Source: Intoshia linei (Eukaryota > Animalia > Orthonectida). From it: 40,498 nucleotides of DNA. The notes beneath the pieces are model-generated. The model searched no databases and was not told the origin of the DNA. It saw only the letters and a program-made list of their open reading frames with translations. Within the stretch, counting starts at the first letter, position 1, and each line of letters opens with the position of its first letter. This document shows positions 36,403 through 40,498 of this stretch, one piece after another. Both the position numbers and the translations under genes were made by a program. The stretch covers positions 1 to 40,498 of the forward strand of contig LWCA01000212.1 in the NCBI GenBank assembly GCA_001642005.1. The letters run 5' to 3'.

Positions 36403-37347
36403 TCACCAATTCAATATTTATATTGACAATCTCCTACAAAAATAAGAATAATAATGAAATTACGGCATGTTCATTAAACATATTTTTCAACATTATTGTC
36501 CATGTTTCATTTTTTATGTTTTCATCCAAATTTGAAACAATAAATCTGTGTAACACTAAATTCAGATATATTAATTTTCATTGTATTTTACTAAAAATTA
36601 AATTAAAGAGAATTAAATTTTATAAAATTACCAGCTTGACTATTACATTACATTGTTGCAGGAGTGGGTAAGGGCGGCCTTCAATAAAAATATGTCATAT
36701 TCATTATTTTTGAATTAATTTAAGTTTTATTTTCAATTTACAAATTTTAACTATCAATTTAGTAAATAGAAATTTTAAATTCTATGACACTTTATTATAA
36801 TGTTTATAAAGTCGAAACTGGAAACTAAAAGTAAAAAACTGTAATAGAAATGTGGATTTTATGAAATTCTAAAACTATTAGTTACTGAAATAAATGATAA
36901 CACAAACAGGCAAACAAAGCATATTATACATATATATATAATATACATATTGTATATGTATGTAAGTAAGGATAGGTAAAAAATAAACATTACCATCAGA
37001 TTTTTTACATTTACAAGGTTTTCTGTCATGTATGGCTATATCTTTCAATCTGGGTAGCACCTTTTCTATATTTTTTTCATAATTTTCAGTGTTTCTGCTA
37101 TCATACAAATCAATAGTTTTCATTTTTAATCGGTTAGCTAAAATAATAAAAAAATTTATTTCTTAAATAAAACAAATTTCAAAAATAGGATCCATTATAC
37201 TATTTGAAATTCTTCTTTTAAAAATTTTTCGTTCGGTAGAATCCATTGACGTGTCACTGTAAGCAGGTTCATTAATGTACAAATCTAAATTTCTGGGAGA
37301 TTTCCTTTCTAAATTCGTAGAAATTGAAATTTATAATACTTACTCAT
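36403..37347 (-). CDS. Probable lineage-specific multi-exon gene of unknown function (3' end unresolved, may extend to about 35880)
   Basis: ATG A|GTAAGT at 37347 is followed by phase-consistent exons separated by mini-introns: MKRKSPRNLDLYINEPAYSDTSMDSTERKIFKRRISNSIMDPIFEI / SNRLKMKTIDLYDSR...RKPCKCKKSD / VLHRFIVSNLDENIKNETWTIMLKNMFNEHA / EIVNINIEL. No family was recognised. Confidence 0.5.
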
Positions 37348-37468
37348 TAATTAATTTTTAATACAAATAAACTAGTTTTAAACATTTTAATGCAAAAAAA
37401 AAATTTAACACAAAAATTATTCAAATTACAATTAACATAACTATATCAAAGTATTTATTATAAAGCAA

Positions 37469-38869
37469 TTATCTTATAATGGCATTAAATCTTTTTTTCA
37501 ATTCTGATTTCAGTCTATCGTTGAAAACGGCTACTTCATTATTTGAGAGTGGTTTTTGATAATGTCTGTAGGAAATGCGATAACAGCGACTTGTTAAATT
37601 GGAATCTTGCTTGTTTTGATGGAACGTGTCTATAAGCCTAACGTCTTCTACAACATCATTAGCAATATCTCGCAGCATATCGTAAAAATCATGATTGTGA
37701 AATTGAGTAGATGCATCCAACCAAAAAGATATATCGTTTATAAGTAAAGGCTGAATACTTAGTGGCTAAATTTAAAAGTTTTATATTATCAATCAATTGT
37801 ATTCATAATCATTAATTATAACTAATCAGTCATTGATAACCAAAGTGTCGAGTGGGTTACTATGCTAAATAATGGAATATACCTTAAATGTAGCATTTTC
37901 AACTTGAAATTGTTTGTAGAAGCGTTCTTCAGTTGACCAAAGCATTCTAATATCAGGAACGCTATATTTTAACATTGCTAATCGATCCAAACCTATACCA
38001 AAGGCCAATGCAATTGAAGATGGTACACCAGCTACAATTCATAATTAATGAATTAAGATAAAATCTAGAATACCTCTTGCTAGCAATGAATTTTTAAAAA
38101 TTCCGCACCCTAACAATTCAATCCAATTTTTTTCTTCGTCCTTCATGTTTGGTGGTAAAATTTCCATTTCCCATGATGGTTCAGTAAATGGAAAAAATGC
38201 ATCCACCCATCTTATTTTAAATTCTAAATACATTGTAAATTAAAAACTTGATTAGCACTTTATCATGTAAAAATTATGAAAAAAATAGTACCAAGACCCA
38301 AAATTGATTGTATTAAAGATTCCAAATTTTGTTTCATTTCTTTTTCTACCAAATGCAATGCTCTTTCGGTATAATATTTATTATTATCAACTGCATTTTC
38401 AAAATTTGCTTTTTCATTTACTATTTCAATTGGTTCACTTTTATTTAAATTTTGGGCAACCTAATAAATTATTTTTTAAACATCAATTTTTAATCAGTAC
38501 TGATCAACCGCTATAATAACCAACACCAATTTCTCTAAAACCAGTAAATAAATTTACAATGTGTGAATCTACATATTGTACACTTTATAAGCCATTCTGA
38601 ATTAGAAAATTCAGAAGAAAACAAGTCTTTCCAAATGGGAAAATTTATCCATTTCAAGTATGGTAAGCGTTGATACAACTTTACAATCAAAATAAATAAC
38701 TTTACTTTAAAATTTTACTTGAAATTTGTTTTGTGAATGAATCACATCAAGTTGAGTAAAAACTGGAAAATGATGTTTATCAATAGTGTCTCTCCTGAAA
38801 CAATTCCCAACAGTAATGATTGAATCTAATCCCAACTTCAATAAACCAATATCATGAATTGTCGTGTGT
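37469..38869 (-). CDS. FARS2: Mitochondrial phenylalanyl-tRNA synthetase, 3' exons (5' exons not seen in the window)
   Basis: Exons 38869-38719, 38460-38292, 38223-38074, 38031-37883 and 37765-37469. Motifs: [28 protein letters not shown] (motif 2); [19 protein letters not shown]; WIELLGCG; [24 protein letters not shown] (motif 3); and a C-terminal FDX-ACB domain ([27 protein letters not shown]). Confidence 0.96.
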
Positions 38870-39514
38870 CTAAAATATAATAAAAATTTAATACTAAAAG
38901 TATGTTAAAAATTTAAATGTCATATAATTAAGACTTCATGGTCAAAAAAGCAATTTACTATTCACTCTTTTTTTAAAATTTATAATTGAATTTGAAAAAC
39001 TATTTTTTTGGCTACGATTTTAAAAATTTCTTACAATTATAGTATTTATGCTAATTGGAGATAACATGTAAAATTTGAAATAATTTACACTAGAAGTTGG
39101 TCACATTGGGAGAATATGTGCACAAAAATGATATAAATAAATGTAATGATATTATTATATAAATAGAATAAATTAATTAAAATAATAATTTATAATTAAT
39201 ATTAAATTTACAAAAGTTATCTGGTGTGATCGGGATGAAACATTCTATTCATAAACCATGTCACATTTTGAACATTCTGTATGGACAACGTTATTACTAT
39301 AATATTCGCATAGATGCGAACATAATTGTGTCGGTCACTTTACATAATCAATTAATATGAATAAAACTTAAAATAAAAAATATTTATTAAATATTAATAT
39401 ATGATAACCATATAACTGCAAATGAAACAAACCATGTAAATCTCATTGTGCGATGCAAGAGATATTAAAAATTATTAATGTTTATTGTAATATAACATAA
39501 TATATTTCTTATCA

Positions 39515-39620
39515 TTATCTGGTAAGAATTGCCTGTTTAATTAACAATTTTTTTAACAAACTAAAACTCCGTTCAACTCTATTTGTGCTAGATGATGCTT
39601 TTCTTAATAAATTGTATATA
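39515..39620 (-). mobile_element. Short transposase C-terminal remnant (hAT-like)
   Basis: The peptide ASSSTNRVERSFSLLKKLL resembles the SxxxERxFS motif of hAT dimerization regions. The match is short and isolated. Confidence 0.4.
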
Positions 39621-39829
39621 TAAAGTAATATTTGTTCATTTTTATTGTTCAAATATAGTACATTACTATTAATAATACATATTATTTTGTGATTCAATGG
39701 TAACTCAATTTAAACTTATAAAACTGACCTTTTTAAAAATAATTGACTTAATGGCATTAATAAAAACTTACTTTATGGCATTTATTAACTTTATAAATTG
39801 TTAATAAGCTATTAATAAACATAATATTG

Positions 39830-40115
39830 GTATCATGGTGTTTGTAATTGCGTCCTGATTATCATATAAAAAATGGCATTTTGCCATAAAAAACTGCCCT
39901 AGTCATATCTCATTAGAAGAAAATTGCAGTTATACTGATGTAGCCCTTTATTTACTGGAAGTACGCTATACTTCTCTAAATAATTTATAGCTATTCTATG
40001 GCGAAATTTAATATTTGAAATATCACTGTCCATACTTTCTTTGCATAATGTCCATGAATTATTTATAGCTGCATCCAACATCCCCATAAACAGACACCAC
40101 CAGAGTTGCCAGAAA
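39830..40115 (-). mobile_element. piggyBac transposase C-terminal remnant
   Basis: WWCLFMGMLDAAINNSWTLCKE..SNIKFRHRIAINYLEKY...RYD* matches the piggyBac/PGBD motif KWWxxLFxxxLDxxxxNAWxxY...FRxxIA. It ends in a premature stop. Confidence 0.8.
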
Positions 40116-40498
40116 GTGCATTCATCGTACATTTCCATTGGTTATGTACATTTTCCAACGCACTTCTTTAACTTCCATGCTTATATATTTTTATAAACCA
40201 TGCCATTTTATAGCTCAATTATATTTTTAAAATAAAAAGTTTAGTTTTTTGTTGTAGTATTTTAATTATCACTCATTCAAAATTGTTTGTTTTATTTTTA
40301 TATTTACTTCTTTACTCTCATATTTACTTGTTTATTATTTACTCTCTTATTTATTTTATTTTAATATCACTAAATAACTCAATAAATTTTAAAATATTCT
40401 GTGTTCGTCTATTTTATGTTTGCATTTCAACATTTGAAACGAATCGAATACTTGTTATTTTTATCAAATAATTTCGGATATTTGAATTGTTTAGATAT

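Noticed and set aside
38461-38718. Extra exon or snoRNA in the 258-nt FARS2 intron
   Set aside because: The flanking exons join in phase and match FARS2 without it, and no convincing C/D or H/ACA box pair is visible.

Overview
This is very AT-rich animal genomic DNA with compact multi-exon genes. Most introns are 33-45 nt, and the long introns and intergenic gaps are filled with non-autonomous DNA transposons. The architecture resembles a reduced parasitic metazoan such as an orthonectid (inference only). Genes reconstructed by manual splicing, in order: an R3H-domain encore/R3HDM/ARPP21-like gene (+); a secreted WSC+EGF gene with several lesions, probably a pseudogene (+); Rad6/UBE2A (-); a cytohesin Sec7-PH Arf-GEF (+); a TNFAIP8/TIPE-like gene (+); a short U1-70K/SNRNP70 (-); the 3' part of a single-pass receptor with at least 14 Cys-rich GCC2/GCC3 (ephrin-receptor-like) repeats and 2 EGF domains, cut by an N at 28944 (+); a probable orphan gene (-); and the 3' part of mitochondrial PheRS/FARS2 (-). 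Mobile DNA includes a putative non-autonomous Helitron family (5 long copies), hAT/Buster MITEs with 8-bp TSDs, triple-nested insertions, fold-back elements, and Transib/RAG1-like and piggyBac transposase remnants. I found no prokaryotic system, CRISPR array or RNA gene, and no clearly new biological system. The best leads are the repeat receptor, the shortened U1-70K with a candidate poison exon among weak-donor mini-introns, and the R3H His-to-Cys change. Protein family calls come from motif recognition, not database searches.
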